A stretch of 64,000 bases of DNA from Marsupella aquatica (taxonomy: Eukaryota; Plantae; Marchantiophyta), in NCBI GenBank assembly GCA_973895155.1, contig OZ316896.1, positions 17,472,754 to 17,536,753 on the forward strand, in the 5' to 3' direction. Both the position numbers and the translations under genes were made by a program. Each line of letters begins with the position of its first letter. Position 1 is the stretch's first letter. The notes under the pieces are model-generated. The model did not search any database. It saw only the letters and a program-made list of their open reading frames with translations, and was not told the DNA's origin. Positions 14,395 to 28,995 of the stretch are shown here, one piece after another.

Positions 14395-15190
14395 TGAGGA
14401 TAAGTATAGGATAATGACCGTCTCGGCAGGGGGTTAGTTGGTACACTCTAAACCTGAAAGGGTTACTAGGCTCTAAACGTGTCACCTGAAAGTGAAGAAA
14501 AGTGGACCCGGGTACACTCGGATGAAGTGTTTGAGGGTAACTATGGAAGTCAAGAAATGCTAGTTGACCCGGGTACACTGGGATGAAATGTTTGAGGTGC
14601 TTGAGGGTCCCTGTAACTGCACATCAAAATATGACATATAAGTGTATGACATCGATTCATACCAGTGATCGATTCATACCAGTGTATTTTTTAAGGTGTT
14701 TCATTTTTAGCCAGTGTGGCCATGTTTGCTTCTCTAAGGGAGGAGATTCTAGAAATATTCTCTGTCTGTTTTACTGAAAATTGTGACCGTCAGATATCCC
14801 TAGATTTAAGGAGGACCGTTACATTCTGGCTAATGAGGTCCATGATTTGGTGGAAGAGTGGCTAATGGTGTCATAAAAACATAGCTAATATTAGCCAAAA
14901 GTGGCCAAAGTTTTTTGGGGAGGTGGAATTTGGCTAAAATTTGCACTTAAAAAATATGGTGCTCCATACAATTATAAAGCTCATTATTTTCTTTAAATCA
15001 ATGAGTGCACAATGTTTATTATCACATTTTGATGTGTGATTACTCGCGTGCTTGAGGGTAACTATGCAAGTTAGCATCTGAGGATAAATATAGGATACTA
15101 ACAGTCTGGGTAGGGGTTACTAGACTCTAAACCTGTCATTTGAAAGTGAAGAAAAGTTGACTGGGTACACTTGGATGAAGTGTTTGAGAT
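14395..15190. repeat. Diverged direct repeats (~14395-14600 and ~15080-15190), likely a TE remnant
   Basis: Shared blocks: tgaggataa.tataggata, ctctaaac.tgtca..tgaaagtgaagaaaagt.gac, and gggtacact.ggatgaagtgtttgag. Confidence 0.55.
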
Positions 15191-15440
15191 GAAAGTTATC
15201 CTCAACCTAGCTTCAGACTAGAATCCTAGCCCAAAAGGTAGATATATTATGTACACTATGTAGGTTACCCGCATGTAACCATTTGGGGAGGCACATGCTA
15301 TTCCCATATTGTGTTGTCTGGAAAAAAAAAAAAATTGTGCAGAAATTGTATAAGATGAAGGAGGTCTGGTTTGAGGTTCTAGCCTGAACCCTCTCCAAGA
15401 AAGCTCAGAAAATCTTGTCAATTGATGCCGAGCAGGTTCC

Positions 15441-15784
15441 TGTTGAGCATAGACGACATTTGTAACGGCAAGCCCATGAACCATCCAACGCACAATAGTT
15501 GACACAGAGAGATACGTGGTTCACCTCCACATGAGGCTACGTCCACGGGAACACACAAGAGCTTTACTGCACTCTAGGCCGACCAGCCATACCAAGTATC
15601 CACAGCACAAGCTCTCTCTATCTCTCAACTAGCTCTGTAACAATGAGCCTAAGTTTCACCAGGGTCTGGCATCAGCCTTGGCTATATACACAACAGCACT
15701 ACCGCTAACATTAGCTAAGTCCTAACCCGAGTTAGCCTAACTATAGTTAGCTCATGAGTCACAAGACTAGAGCAATATCTAACA
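15441..15784 (-). mobile_element. Copia solo LTR, same family as the element at 39900-61402
   Basis: TG...CA termini, collinear high similarity to the LTRs at 39900 and 61058, perfect 5-bp TSD GTTCC (15436-15440 / 15785-15789), no internal region. Confidence 0.95.
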
Positions 15785-18700
15785 GTTCCTTCACTTTTTG
15801 GTCAGGGTTACAGTCTAATAAACTCAAACCAGACCTACATTATCCTATATGTAAATGTAAATGTGGTACCAAAAAAAGTGCCCTACAGAAAAAAAGTTAC
15901 CTAATCATGAGTCCCCGGGCAAAAGATTATGGCAATAGCAAGGACCTCCAGAAATGGTAACTCTCCACTATTCCATACAACATTTAATTGAGTTCTCACT
16001 TATGTTTGTCTTCATTTCTTTCTCAATCTTCCGTGCCCTCCATAATTTTCCCTGTCATCTTAGGGAAAAGTGCTAGGGGTAGGCTTCAAACCTGCAAGTC
16101 CCAATAGAATGTTCCCACCACTACACTACATACACATTGATTTTGTCATATTCAGACCTCTCATTATATTTATTTTTGAGCTTTGTGGCCCACATGAGCT
16201 TTGTGGCCCACACACCTGATCCGCTTCTCTGTGTCTTACGCAAGTCCAAGACTTGCTGCACCTGCATTTATTCATAATAAATTCATTTTCATTATTTTAT
16301 CTTAAATTGTTACTATAATAAGTTTAAAATAAGATACCATAAAATGATTTTTATATATTTTTTGAATAAGTTCAGATAGGAGGGTATTAGAATTGAATGA
16401 GGTAGCTATATGACTCATACTGGTGGTTTAAACCCTAAACCCTAAACTCATCCAAGGAGTACCACAAAGCCAGGAGTACCACAAAGCCCACTAAAAAGCA
16501 AGGGGGGTGGGGAAAGAGAATAAAAAAGGGAAAGGGGAGGGAAACAATTAATTGGGTGGTAAAATGGAGGTCATCTAATTTACGTGAATTTTTGGGTGGC
16601 CATTAGATCACCAAAACCAGGGAGAGAATATTAGACCAGTGGGAGAAGGAAGCCCTGAGCAAGGCCAGAAGGGGACTTGGTTGATTTTTGTGTTGCCCAA
16701 CACACTTGTTTGACCTGCCCTTGTGTCTAGATTAGCCTTTCCTTGGCTGTCACCTCAACTCTTGTCCGACTCTCACTTTAACTCTCTCTACCCATTTCCA
16801 TCTTTCATCCCCTACTTCTTTGTTTACTTCTGCATTGTTTGGCTACACAAATGTTTGCAACACTAACATTGTTGCAATTTGTGCAGGCATGGCCGCACTA
16901 CTCTAAGCCAAGCCCGCCCCAACCATTGTCACCTGTCTTGTGCTCACCCCCATCACTTTTGCAACAATAGCTTGCCTTGGCCATGATGACATCGTAGCTG
17001 CATTAACCACTTGACCGCAATATCATGAATGCAATTATTATAACATGGACATAATCATGACAATTTTGCAACAATAACATGGCCACAACAACCACATTCA
17101 TGACCAGAGTAACAACATGCCTGCAATGACAATTGTTCAATGCAGGTTAATTGGGCTATCAAAAAGAATAAAAAACAATTAGTCTCATTTTTCCATGATC
17201 ATCTTACAAAATTTGACACTATCTATGCCAAGGAAAGATTGAGTCATCTAGTTATTATCTAACAAAGATCCTACCAAATAATATCTAGAGGAGGTTACCA
17301 CCCAACTGAAAGTTATGATGAGTCATGTGTTTGACATGGAGCCAGATTTCCAAGATAGACCAAGACCAGTACACCACAAGGCACAGATCATCTCATTTAT
17401 GCTTTAATTATTTCCTTACCCCAAAATTGGCTTCATGGTTCCTCAAAGCTCATTTACTATATCCTCTTTGCTTACACTCTACAAACTCCTCAAAAACTAT
17501 TATAAACAGTAGTGGGGGTTTATATAATTGTGGTTGTCTTATAAAATTTGTTGTGCCAAGGGAAGACTAGGAAGCAAAATAGGGAGTTTTGCGGCATGAC
17601 AAAACTAGAAAGGGGGAGGGGCGAGGATTGAGGCCAGGAGAAGGGAGGGAGAGGCACCTGGATGGGAAAATGGAGAGGAAAAGGAGGATCCTTACCTCCC
17701 CGTGGTGCTTGGCCCTGTCACCTCCCACGCGAGTACTCCCCCCTCCCATGCAAGTATGATAGTTTTCTATTGAAATGAATAAAAACTTGATCATCTATAT
17801 CTCTTCACTTTTTTGATGTTGAATATGTTCTTTTCCACTTTGTCCATTGTAACCTCTTCCCTAGAAATATATTATTTACTAAACTAGACACAAGTTTTGC
17901 ACAATGAAAACTTTTATGTAGTGATATCTTCTACGCAATGAAACCCAAAACACAACAATCTCTTTTGTGGGATGACCTCTTTCATGCAACATCTTTACAC
18001 TGTAACTATTTTGTTTACACAACAACTGCTTTTGCATACTTAGTGATATATCTTTTCTTTGACAACATCTTTTGCACAATGACATTATCTTTGCAACTCC
18101 ATCATTCTCAATCAACTTACGATGATATCTTTCGTGCATGCAGTAGGTATTGAGGCAGTGTGGTATACTATGCTTGATGGGCCCCGTAGCTAGAAAAGCC
18201 CGATTGAGGGGTCCCATGAAAGTTTAGTTGCAGTTCCGACAGTGCCACTCAAGCTTGGCATACTGACCTTTGCCTAATCCCATGAAAATTGCCATCATCT
18301 CCACCTACACCCATGAGAAAAGAGTGATGCCCTCAAGCAGAAAACAATGCATCATGCTTTGCTGAGCCCTAAAATTGAAAACTATTGGAAGACATGTTCT
18401 ATTATAACTTTGGTAAAGGTAGTAGGAAACTGTATCTAGTACACCCCAAATTACAGTGCAACATGGTAACGCACTGTTACAAATCTATCTACTGTACCCA
18501 TGCCACCAAATTTTCATTCATTTGATTCTTTAGTGTGGCAAATGGCATTTAATCAAATGCTCTGTTTGTTCGAGTTGTACTAGACTGTCCAATACTTGTG
18601 GGTTGCATAGAAGGTGACTATCAACAGGAGGGAAAGAAGTGTAGGCAAGGCAAGGAATTGATGCATGTTGAGTCCAGAAAGTGTTGTCAAAGCAAGGAGG

Positions 18701-19658
18701 AAGCTCAATACATTCCATGATTGTATTCTTTACCTTATTCTTTACATTTCCCCTCCCTAAAAACCCAAACCAAGCAAGGATTAAAAAACTAAAACAAATG
18801 ATCAATAGATCTTAAAAAGAAATGGTTTGAAAATGCCTATTCCTTGTTTGTCACTAGGGTTTGTAATTCACCCCTTCCCTTCCCTTTCTTTCCTCCCATC
18901 GCACCCGCTCCCCTCCCCTCGCCCTCCCCATCACCCCAGTTTTGTTTTCCCTTGTTCCCCTTTTATCTCCCCTCCTTTATCATTGCTTGCTTCTTCATGC
19001 CCTACATCTGTCCCCTATACTTGGGCCATGCCCCGAGCATGCCCCTCTAGCACATGTCCCCATGGCTGCATATCCCACAAGCCTCATGGAAGCATCTCAT
19101 CCCCACAAAAAGTTATTTCTCTTGTGCTGTTCACACCCTCAGTATCCAAAATATAGTAGGATAGACACGAGCATATCCTGCCAGTTCCCATTTTGTATAT
19201 AGTAAACAATGCTCTGGTAACATGGCACCCAGCAGGGCACTTTGGACCATAACACTCCCAAAATTATGAAGGCTATTATTGCCCATAATGCCCTTGTAAC
19301 AGGGCACTACTGCACTCAAAGGCCCCTATTTCCATTTTCAAAATCTTTAGTAGAAATAGAGGACAGATTTTAGAACGCTGTTCTTCTCGATAAAGGATGG
19401 AAAATTAAAATAGAAAGAAAAACATAAATGACATCAAGTATCCACATGATGATCCCACTTACGCCCCAAGTTCTAAAGTCACGGTTTGGAGGCTTTAGTT
19501 TAGACCATTAGCCTTGGAGAGTAAGTTTTCGATCACTAGGATATACTTAGATAGCTCAAGATGATGTCTCCCAATGGGAATACTCTAACCCTTACTCATA
19601 AAGGGCTATCCTCTAGAGTGAAGCCTCTAGACACTAATTCTTAAGAGGACAAAACTGA

Positions 19659-20030
19659 AAAGGGAAGGTGTACCAAAAAAAAATGTGATAACAAAATTGA
19701 CACTCTAAGAAGGACAAGATTATTTTTTGTCTTCAAAGAATGGGTAATCACGCTAGTAAATATTAAATACTTAGATAGCTAGACATGATGTACTCAACTG
19801 CACTCTACATAAAGAGGATGGAGACTAATCCAATCAAAAGTGAAGGTGTACCAAAAAACAGATGTGATAACAAAATTAACTAACACTCTAGAAAGGACAA
19901 GATTATTTTTTGTCTTGAAAGAACGCGGGTAATCATGCTAGTTAAGATTAAATACTTAGATAGCTAATGTAGATATGATGTACTCAAAAGCCGGGAGACT
20001 CTACATAAAGAGGAAGGAGGCTAATCTAAT
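19659..20030. repeat. Tandem duplication of ~175-190 bp upstream of PRMT5
   Basis: gaaggtgtaccaaaaaa..atgtgataacaaaatt...gacaagattattttttgtctt...taaatacttagatagcta...ctctacataaagagga occurs twice. Confidence 0.8.
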
Positions 20031-20121
20031 CAACGTTTGGTACACCTTTAACAACCACGTAGTACAGGGTACTATGTAAACCAGACGAGAGGTGCTCCCA
20101 AAACGCCGGCGACACACAAAG

Positions 20122-20151
20122 AGGGCCATAACTCTCCCTAAACCCTAAACC
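20122..20151 (+). promoter_or_regulatory. PRMT5 promoter: site II-like GGGCC plus telo-box AAACCCTAA
   Basis: agggccata...taaaccctaaacc lies just upstream of a GC-rich putative 5' UTR exon, which ends at donor gaag|gtgagt (20545); the acceptor is near 21378. Confidence 0.5.
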
Positions 20152-21417
20152 TTACCGGTAACGTGCCGGTAACAATCCTCCCCCCAAAACTCAACCCACA
20201 CAATAACACGGACTAGAGTTCTAATCTGAACCGTCGACGAAATAACGGTCGATGCAGATGCAACGATGAGAAAGTTACGCGGAAGGATAAATTGGTTTCG
20301 TATTCCCGGCTACCGGCTACCGGCAACCGGCTACACGACCGCGAAGACCGCGTGGATTGCAAATCGAAGCGTGTCTTCGGCGAACGAGTCTGAAGTGAGG
20401 TTCTTTCGAGGTTGTCGTGGAGGTGATTTGAAAAGCTCTCCTCAATTGGATCACTTCAAGCTTTTAGTCGCGGAATTCCTCTTCGCGAGTGGATGTCGTC
20501 TTCCTTTCGAGCCGCTCGTTTTTTTCGCCTGCTGGCGTTCGAAGGTGAGTGAGTTATAACGCATCGGCTTTGCTCTTCTGCTCTTCTGGTTTGCTCTGGT
20601 TTGCTCTGGTTTGCTAGAATTTGTTGAGACAGAATATTTTTTTTCGTGAGCACTCTGACGTTGTCCATGAATCGATCCTGTGCTTGATGGTGAAATTCTG
20701 CTCTAGTAATCCGAGGGATGGATGCTTGAACGATTGCGAATAGTCTGAGGCGTCGACTCTGATATCATATCATTGCGGAACAGCGAGGGCAGGAATTTGG
20801 TCGCGCAATTAGTCTTGTAGGTCAGGGAGTGGACCTACAGTAGAGTGGCTTGGGGGAGTCAGAGAGGTTGTTCTACGAAGTTACGAGCTGTGATGCAAAT
20901 TCTCTTCTCTCGTAATGGAAACTACGCATTTTAAGCTACAGCAAGACGGAATAGGAGAGATTTTTTTCTAGGAAGGAAGGGAGAGATGCTGTGAGTTGAC
21001 GAGTTGTATGTTCATGGTGAACTTGGAAGACGGGACGGGGCTTGGTTACTGTATGTAGGAGAGCTTACTGGAATCAGAGGACATGCTTCAAAAACGAACA
21101 GACTCTGTGGATGGGCGAATTGTGTGAAATCAGACTGAAAGAAATTACTCAGAAAGTAAATTTGTTTTGCTTCCTCATCATACTCTGTGTTTCAGAAAAG
21201 ATAATTACGATGAATGCGGTGTCTGGTGTGGTGTGCAGGATTTTCAATGTCAGGGTACGGTAGATAACCCTCGGACCGGGGTTTAAGTCTGTTCTTCTCG
21301 TCTGACCAAAATAGGAGGCGATTGGTGAGGGGCGCGCATTGTAATTGCTTGTGGCCCGAAAGAGAGGCTTTAACAAGCTGGAGCGCTCCAGTGTGAAGGC
21401 GGAAAGCAGCTGGAAAT

Positions 21418-24400
21418 ATGCCGCTGGGGCAAAGGCAAGGCGACAACAGTGAGGCTCGATATTGTGGCGCGGAAACGTCGTTCTCCAATGCTATCCAGCA
21501 GTCTCTAGCATTCGCGGTCGCTGGCTCGTTCGATTTCATCGTAGCTCCGTTGGTACGAACGAACCTCTCGTTGTTATCAGTCCTCAGAATTTTCCTGTTC
21601 TTCCAAACCTCCTTGGTACTGCTTCTCACCGTGTCCTTCGATATCTGCTTATGTTATTTTGATGCAGACTGATCCGGAATACAGACCTAGCAATGTGAGG
21701 GAGACGGATGGGGGTGCCCCGGTGCCTCCGTTTTCCGGTTCAGACTTGGTACTAAGCCCGTCACAGTGGAGTAGCCATATTGTCGGTACGTCCTCTCCTA
21801 CTTTCAGTTCCCTTCTCATTCGGCCTGCACTCTTTCTTGGGGTATGGAAACCAGTTTGCAAAAATGAGAATCCTAAAAAACTAAGCAATGAATTAAATAG
21901 AAGGCATGACTTGGACAGGACGGCGCATTCTTGTTTCTTCACGTTGGGATGCCTATGAGTTGATGGTATTTGTTTAAAAACAATTTAACGATAATATGAG
22001 CGATGAGGAAAGCCAATCTTGGCAGCAAGCTCTTGGCTTCACACAGATTGTGATCGCCTTCGGTGGGTTTTTCCTGTAATCAGGGTCAAAGCGCTGGTTT
22101 AACGATCTCAGAGGACCAGAGTTCTTAGAAGGCGTCACGTTCTATTTGTGTTGAGTTGCCGTAAATCTTCCAGGACTCAGAAGAGGTGACAAACTACTTC
22201 GTGTTCATTGTGGTCTGGCTGCAGGTAAAGTAAGTGCATGGCTCGACCTGGATTCTCCCGAGAGTCTGCAGAGGTCAGATGCTGAAATTACGCTCAAACA
22301 GGAGATTGGATGGGCAACTCATCTCTCTCTGCAGGTCTGCTCTCAGACGTCTTCTGGTGTTCCTTTGAGTGTTTTAAGTTTAATTTATTTGAAGTTTCTT
22401 AAACTCTACTGGTCATTGAATGATCCATTGGCGGTGTCCACAGGCTTGTCTACTGCCAACTCCAAAACCATTAGATTGCGGCAACTATGCACGGTGTGTC
22501 AACCAGGTTTTGCAAGGATTGACCAATATGCAGGTAATGATTGGGACCGATGATGAATTGTTTGAGCAGTATAAGAACTTGGGAAAGCCATTTTAGCACA
22601 GTTGATCAATGGAGCACAGATGTAGGCGTCTACACTATTTTGTAGTGTCTTGTTTATATCGGAATATAAATGTTCTTGTCACTTGACTGTATTTCTTGAG
22701 AAGGTGGGCGTTTAGTCCTTCTCCTATCTGATATTCGTGGCAGAGAGATCTCTTACGCTTAGCTGTTCAAGGTTGAGATAAAATGGTCGGGAGTGAGCGA
22801 GTAGCCAATCTTTGTTGCTGATACACTGCAGCTATGGCTACGGATACCTCTCGTCAGCCCTGAGATGGAAGAAGCACAAGGAACTGAAAATGAGGACGCC
22901 CTCTTCTTGGTACGCATTCTACAGTAGTTGTTGGCCTATTCCGGCAGAAGTTGTGTTTTGGCTTCTGAACGTTACCAAAAGGTTTTCTGATTAGCAGTAA
23001 AATCCTTTCCTTACCACGGGTTGGTTGCCTACACGCAGAAAAGGGACCCAATTTCTGGGCGGCTTGTTGGGGATACTTGGGAATGGTGGAACACGTTTCG
23101 CACTCTTTGCGAGCATCACAGCCAGTTGTCTGTCGCTTTGGACATAACGTTAGTGCTCTGTACTCTGGATTTTGTAGTCTGCACGGGATGTTTCTGCTAA
23201 GGTCCCAAACATAGAGCCCTACACTTCACGCCTTCGAGAATAGTATCTAGATGGCGAAATTTGGGATCGGGCATGTTGACCTTTAGGTTGGTACTTGCAT
23301 GCCTGAACACAGCGTTGCACGCATCTCCAGGGACTCTGGCAATAGCTCTGCCGCCACCAACAGGCCTCTGTTTTTGAGACAGTTTATCCAGTCTCTAGTC
23401 GTGGCTGCCAATGGCAATCGCTAGCGGGTCCTGCTAAATCATCGCAGAGCCGCCATATATGGCAAAATGCCGGATCGTTAAGTCGGCCCCATACTCTTAC
23501 TGTCCATCATAGATGTACCTAGACTGATTGTTATTCTAAGTTGGTCTCCCAAGTTAAGAAAGTCATGCTGGAGGTGACAGCTTCAATTTGGATATGCCTG
23601 ACGAGCAGAATTTTATGTGATTTTTGTATCTGGGAGGAAAGGGGATAATTGGACTACATTTCTGGATGATTATGTCATTTTTGATCTTGCGTGGGTGCCT
23701 TGTACTGACAGGTCTATGTTACCTTCCAAGACTTCAGTGCAGCGGTGGTTGGGAGAGCCCCTGCGAGCAGCAATTATTCATACTAGTGTAAGTTTTGCTC
23801 CAGTCAGTTCGGTACATTAGAACTCTTCGTGACGTTGTTTGTTAGATTCTTCAGTGCGGAATGCTCTCTCACTGGTGATAAAGTCTGGTATTTGGCTTGC
23901 CCCAAGTAAATGCTGACGTTTTACTGTTTCAATACGCAGGCATTCTTGACAAACAAGCGGGGCTACCCATGTCTCTCCAAGCAGCACCAAAACTTAATAA
24001 CAACACTTTTCAATCACAACGTGCAAGTACGTAACGGCAGGAATTTCACTTGTTGTCTTGTCACAGGGCGATGAAAAGGCACTTACTTAAACTTGATTCT
24101 CAATCTCGAAGTACTAAAACATGGACGAATTTAAGTAAGATTTTTGAGTTGTCTTCGTTGTTGATGTAAACGAAGTATCTTGGGAATTGTTCATGATGGC
24201 CAATGCTTACCATTTTAAGCATTCAAGTTCCGTTTTCCTGGCAGATCGTGATTTCGGGGGAATCTTTTCACTCTCTTGACCCGGAGGCACCCGCGGCCAT
24301 TGACTCAAGTAGCAATGGCTCAGAGGGTATTGCTCAGATCCAGCTTAATGAACTAAGCCTGCATGAAGGTCGATCAATGGTTCATCCTGTGACTGACTTC

Positions 24401-27400
24401 CATGGGGACTGAGACGTTCAATACTTAGGCACAATGATGTCAGTCCTCCTGCATGTTTGTTTTGCTTTCCCCATGGATAGAGTTCCTTTCTTCGATAGAG
24501 AGCAACATCTTGTTTCTATTGTGTTTGGGTTCAATTCGGCTGAAGAGATATATTTCTTTCTGTAGATGGACTTCTTCCAAAGCATCCTCTACGATCGTAC
24601 TTGGAGTATATCTCTCATCTTTATCGTAAGATGGAACCACCAAGTGACCAAGAGCGATTTGAAGTAAGATGTTTATCGCTTGTTTTGTTATGGTAGTGGA
24701 GGAGTTCATGTCTGAATAGGAGATTTCATATTAGCCTTCCCTATTTGCTGTTTGGTTCACCACCTATTGCTCGTATACAACATGTTACTCCAGAACAGGA
24801 ACAGTACTATTTATTCAAATTGTTCTTTGGATTATACAGTTTGATGTTTACCATTACATGTACATCATGTTGATGTCCAAGTGAGTGCCTGGTGAGTGCT
24901 CATAGATCTCACTTTTGGCCGGTAAATCAAATGTATTTGTGATGATCTCAGATTGGCTACAGAGACTTTTTACAAGCTCCGTTACAGGTACAGATATGAA
25001 ACTCGCTGTTTCCAGTTCTGGCTATTGAATGGCACATGGTACTATTGGTCGTCTACTTTCAAGAAGATTGGAACTTAGCAGTTCAATTCCTTCATATGCC
25101 TGAGTGAGATGCTCTGTCGATCCATAATTACCGATACGACGATGCGAATGCATTTTTCTTTGCTTCTTGGTAGGCTCTCCAAATTCTGTTGGTCGGCATT
25201 GTGCTCTGTCCTGCATACTTGTTAATGACTGCTATCAGAGCCTTTAAAAATCGATATCAAACTTATAACGAAGTCGTGTTGCAGCCATTAATGGACAATT
25301 TAGAAGCTCAGACATACGAGACATTTGAGAAGGATGCCACCAAGTATATTCAGGTACTACATACAAGTAACCCTTTGATGTGGACCCTAATGTCTAATGC
25401 CACGTACCACCACCCACTGATGCGAGGGTAAAGTTTCTGATTGTATGTTTGCTCCCAGCTGTCTGCAATTGGTCTGTTGCATTTGGGGCAACACCCTGCC
25501 TTGGCAAAGATTTGCTTGTGAATGATATTTGGAAATCAAAATTTTGATTTGAGAGCATGTTAGGAGCTACCTGTCTCATTTTGTTTGCATGCCATGAAAA
25601 CAGTACCAGAAGGCGGTGCATGCGGCATTACTTGATCGGGTTCCTGACAGACTGGCCTCTACAACTACTACAGTAAGCAAATGGGCCGCCGTAGCGTCTG
25701 CACTTTGACATGGCCCTGTGGAGAGATTGAAGTTCTTGGATTTGGTCAAAGATCTTTGCTTGGCAGGATAGTGTGCATAATGTTTATACATTTTGGTTTG
25801 TAAGCCTCAGCAACGAGTAGAAGGTCTGAATGTTTCACTTTCTAAGTTATCAGTCGTTCAATTCAAATACAGTGTAATGTCGTTTCATGTATATAATTTA
25901 AATTGTCTGCTCAACATGGAAACGTTTGCACGGAATCTATTGCAACAGCTTTGAAGTTGTTAAACTGTACCTCAGGTCCTTATGGTTGTTGGAGCTGGTC
26001 GTGGGCCACTCGTTAGAGCCTCCCTTCAGGTAATGATCATCTCATAGTCGGAGTGGGTCCAACAAATTAAGAAGAACCATTGTAATCCTCTGCTTAATGA
26101 GTCTGTGTTTCCTGGATTGTTTATTTGGAAAGATAACTTCTCTCTACTTGACAGTCGAGAAGGATTTCTGGCATACTTATTTTGTTCTGTACTCTTGACT
26201 GTAAACAGGCGGCAGGGGATACACAAAGACGATTAAAGGTCTATGCAGTCGAAAAGAATCCCAATGCGGTTGTCACGTTGCATGTAATTTGTTACCTTCG
26301 ATCCCCTACTTATTTGCCTGATCTGTATGATTCCGACGCCTTGAAAGTAAATTGTCTGTTAGATTAAAGGTGGTCTTCTGGTCTCTTGCGAGAATGATTC
26401 TATCGCTTAGAGATGACCCACAGAGGAGTGTACGTTTTGATTTATTATTCTCGCATTTCTGGCTTATTGTTGGGGGTGGGTGGGGGACAAGAGTGATCCA
26501 ATGCATGAGTTACTTGAGCTTGATTCAACTTAATTATACACACCATAGATTGCATGTTCCTTGTCATTATCTGGTCAGACTCGTTTCGTGGCGACATTTT
26601 TAGGATGGGATCGTATCTCATTTCAGACCATTGGAATTTCAGAGCTTGATTAAACTGGAGGGCTGGGAAGACATTGTCACAATTATATCATGCGACATGC
26701 GTCAATGGAATGCACCTGAACAGGCTGACATTTTGGTACTATCCTCTCTTGCAATCGTTCCACAGGAGGGTACAGGGTCAACTTGTTGGGGATATTAACT
26801 CGTTTGTGCTATAACTAGTTTTAGGGTGGTCGTTGGATTTCCTTGAGATGTAGGCTACAGCTCGATCTTGATCTGCTGTGGGCCACTTGTCGAATGTGGC
26901 TCTCAAGCTGTAGCCCAACTATGAGTGTCCATCGCTGTCTTTCAAGAACAAGATTTGCCAATCTGTGACGATTGAGCAAGATGGTTTCAATGAATTTTGG
27001 ATCCGTTGTAACCTAAATAGTGGATTGTCTTCGTAGTGGACAGCATCCCTGTCCTTGACTTTTCCTTCCTTCTGTTTAATTGTTTTGAGGTTCTGATAGA
27101 TAGTATTGATCGCAAGGTTCGGTTCTGACTTGACATTGGTCTTGTGAGGAGCCTTAGTTGCATGTTCCTCTCTGGATACTCAGTACGAGAGGGTATTCGT
27201 CCAGCTTCATCGTGGTCAACATGTGATCCAGCGTTCTTTAACTGCAGGTGAGTGAGTTGTTGGGATCATTTGGGGACAATGAATTGTCGCCGGAGTGTTT
27301 GGATGGGGCTCAGCGGTTTCTCAAGAAGGATGGCATCTCTATTCCTAGCTCGTAAGCACCTACCTTTGATGACACCATCTTTGGGGCTTAATTACAGTGC

Positions 27401-28995
27401 ATTTTCTTTGGAATCTACGAACTGCTATGTGGTTGCTAACTCGACGATATCCTGACGCATTGAGAAGATGAGAAGGTTAGAAGTTGAAAGGTTCTGTTGA
27501 TCTCTTGATCATTCCAGGCTTAAGTGGTTGGACTTTTTGGCAGGTATACGAGCTTCCTGGGTCCAATTACGGCATCAAAGCTTTACAATGATGTATGTTC
27601 ACGTTCCACCCTCTTGTGATGTGATATCTACAACGATATTTTAGTATGTACATGATGCCAATTGTAATATTTGATAGACATGCTGATCGTGTATTCCTCG
27701 ATCATTACAAGGACTTGTACATGGAAATTTCCCATTCCTATTTTCATTCTAATCTACCCCTGTTTTGGCAAAAGGTATTGTCTTTGGACTTGCATTTGGT
27801 TTGGTCCTTGCACTGACTGGAATCTTGATATATCTGATCAGGTGAAATCCTATTCTGATTTAGCTCACTTCGAGACTGCATATGTGGTGAAGCTCCACAG
27901 TGTGGCGAAGCTTGCTCCTCCACAACCTGTTGGTCATTCATACCTCTCTTTTCAATGCTCCAGTAGAGTGATAAGTCAGAAGTAGTTTTTCAGACCGTTC
28001 CCTCGACACCCACGGAATCGTGCATGTGATCTCTGTTCTGGTTTTTTTGGTTTCCCATCTCTTCATGCGAATTTGTGAAATGAAATAATTTTACAAGTCG
28101 CTGATGTCAGTCTCTTGTGCTTGCCGCTACAGGTATTTACTTTTGAACATCCGAATACAAAACATCGAGATAATAAGCGCTATAAAAAGCTTCTTTTTGA
28201 ACTACCACCAGACACGGGGTCTGCCACAGTTCACGGTCGGTGCCCATAACTGTTTACTGTTTTGTGAGAGTCTCCATTCTAGTGTATTAAGTTTCATTTC
28301 TACACTCTTGACTCTCTACTCACTGCAAAGTTAAGAGTTCCTACATAGAGAGGGGACCAATTCATTCTGATTATTGCGTGTAGGTTTTGGAGGGTATTTT
28401 GACGCAGTTCTTTATAAGGATATTCATCTGGGGATTGAACCGTCCACTGCGACACCTGACATGTTCAGCTGGTAAGCTTCCTCATCTTTGCCTTTGTTCT
28501 TTAGCTTTGTGTGTTCCTTTGCATATTGTTGAAGCAGGCATGACGAAACTGCTGGTTTCAATGCAGGTTTGCCATATTTTTTCCTCTTCGAAAGCCAATT
28601 TATATACCTGCAGGAGCTGTCCTGGAAGTTCATTTTTGGCGTTGTGTAGGGCCGGCCAAGGTATGTGTTGAGACGCGGAACAAAATTTTGTTCTGCGAGG
28701 CTTCTATCTCTACGCTTGTACATATTTGTAACGGAAAAGGCTCCATTCTGCTTTCTTTTCCTTGCAAATGTTGAGAAGTGATTCAATTTGTCACTCAAAA
28801 GCAAGATTGTGCGTATTCAATTTAAAAAAGGTCTATGCAGTCTTTAGGCGTGGCATGGAGAGCTTTGCTAATTCCTGAATAAAACTCACACGGATGAACT
28901 ATGTGGATCAGGTATGGTATGAGTGGGCCGTGACTGCGCCTTCTGTATCACCCGTTCACAACGTTAATGGCCGATCCTACTGGGTCGGTCTATAG
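21418..28995 (+). CDS. PRMT5: Protein arginine N-methyltransferase 5 (SKB1/PRMT5), 23 coding exons
   Basis: Starts [17 protein letters not shown]. Exons encode [41 protein letters not shown] (SAM motif I), [30 protein letters not shown] (double-E loop) and PDMFSW. Ends [14 protein letters not shown] traced 23 GT-AG-bounded exons. Confidence 0.97.

Noticed and set aside
15214-15386. Possible CAG-terminated MITE (cagactagaatcc / ggttctagcctg)
   Set aside because: The inverted repeats are imperfect and the flanks show no target-site duplication.
16429-16447. Interstitial telomere (aaaccctaaaccctaaac; similar motifs at 20139 and 30348)
   Set aside because: Only 2-2.5 units, which is a common telo-box-type motif rather than a telomeric array.
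16870-19330. Possible genes or TE ORFs in the degenerate intergenic region (weak resemblance to 61580-61710)
   Set aside because: The ORFs are short and low-complexity with no domain motifs, termini or TSDs; probably old TE debris.
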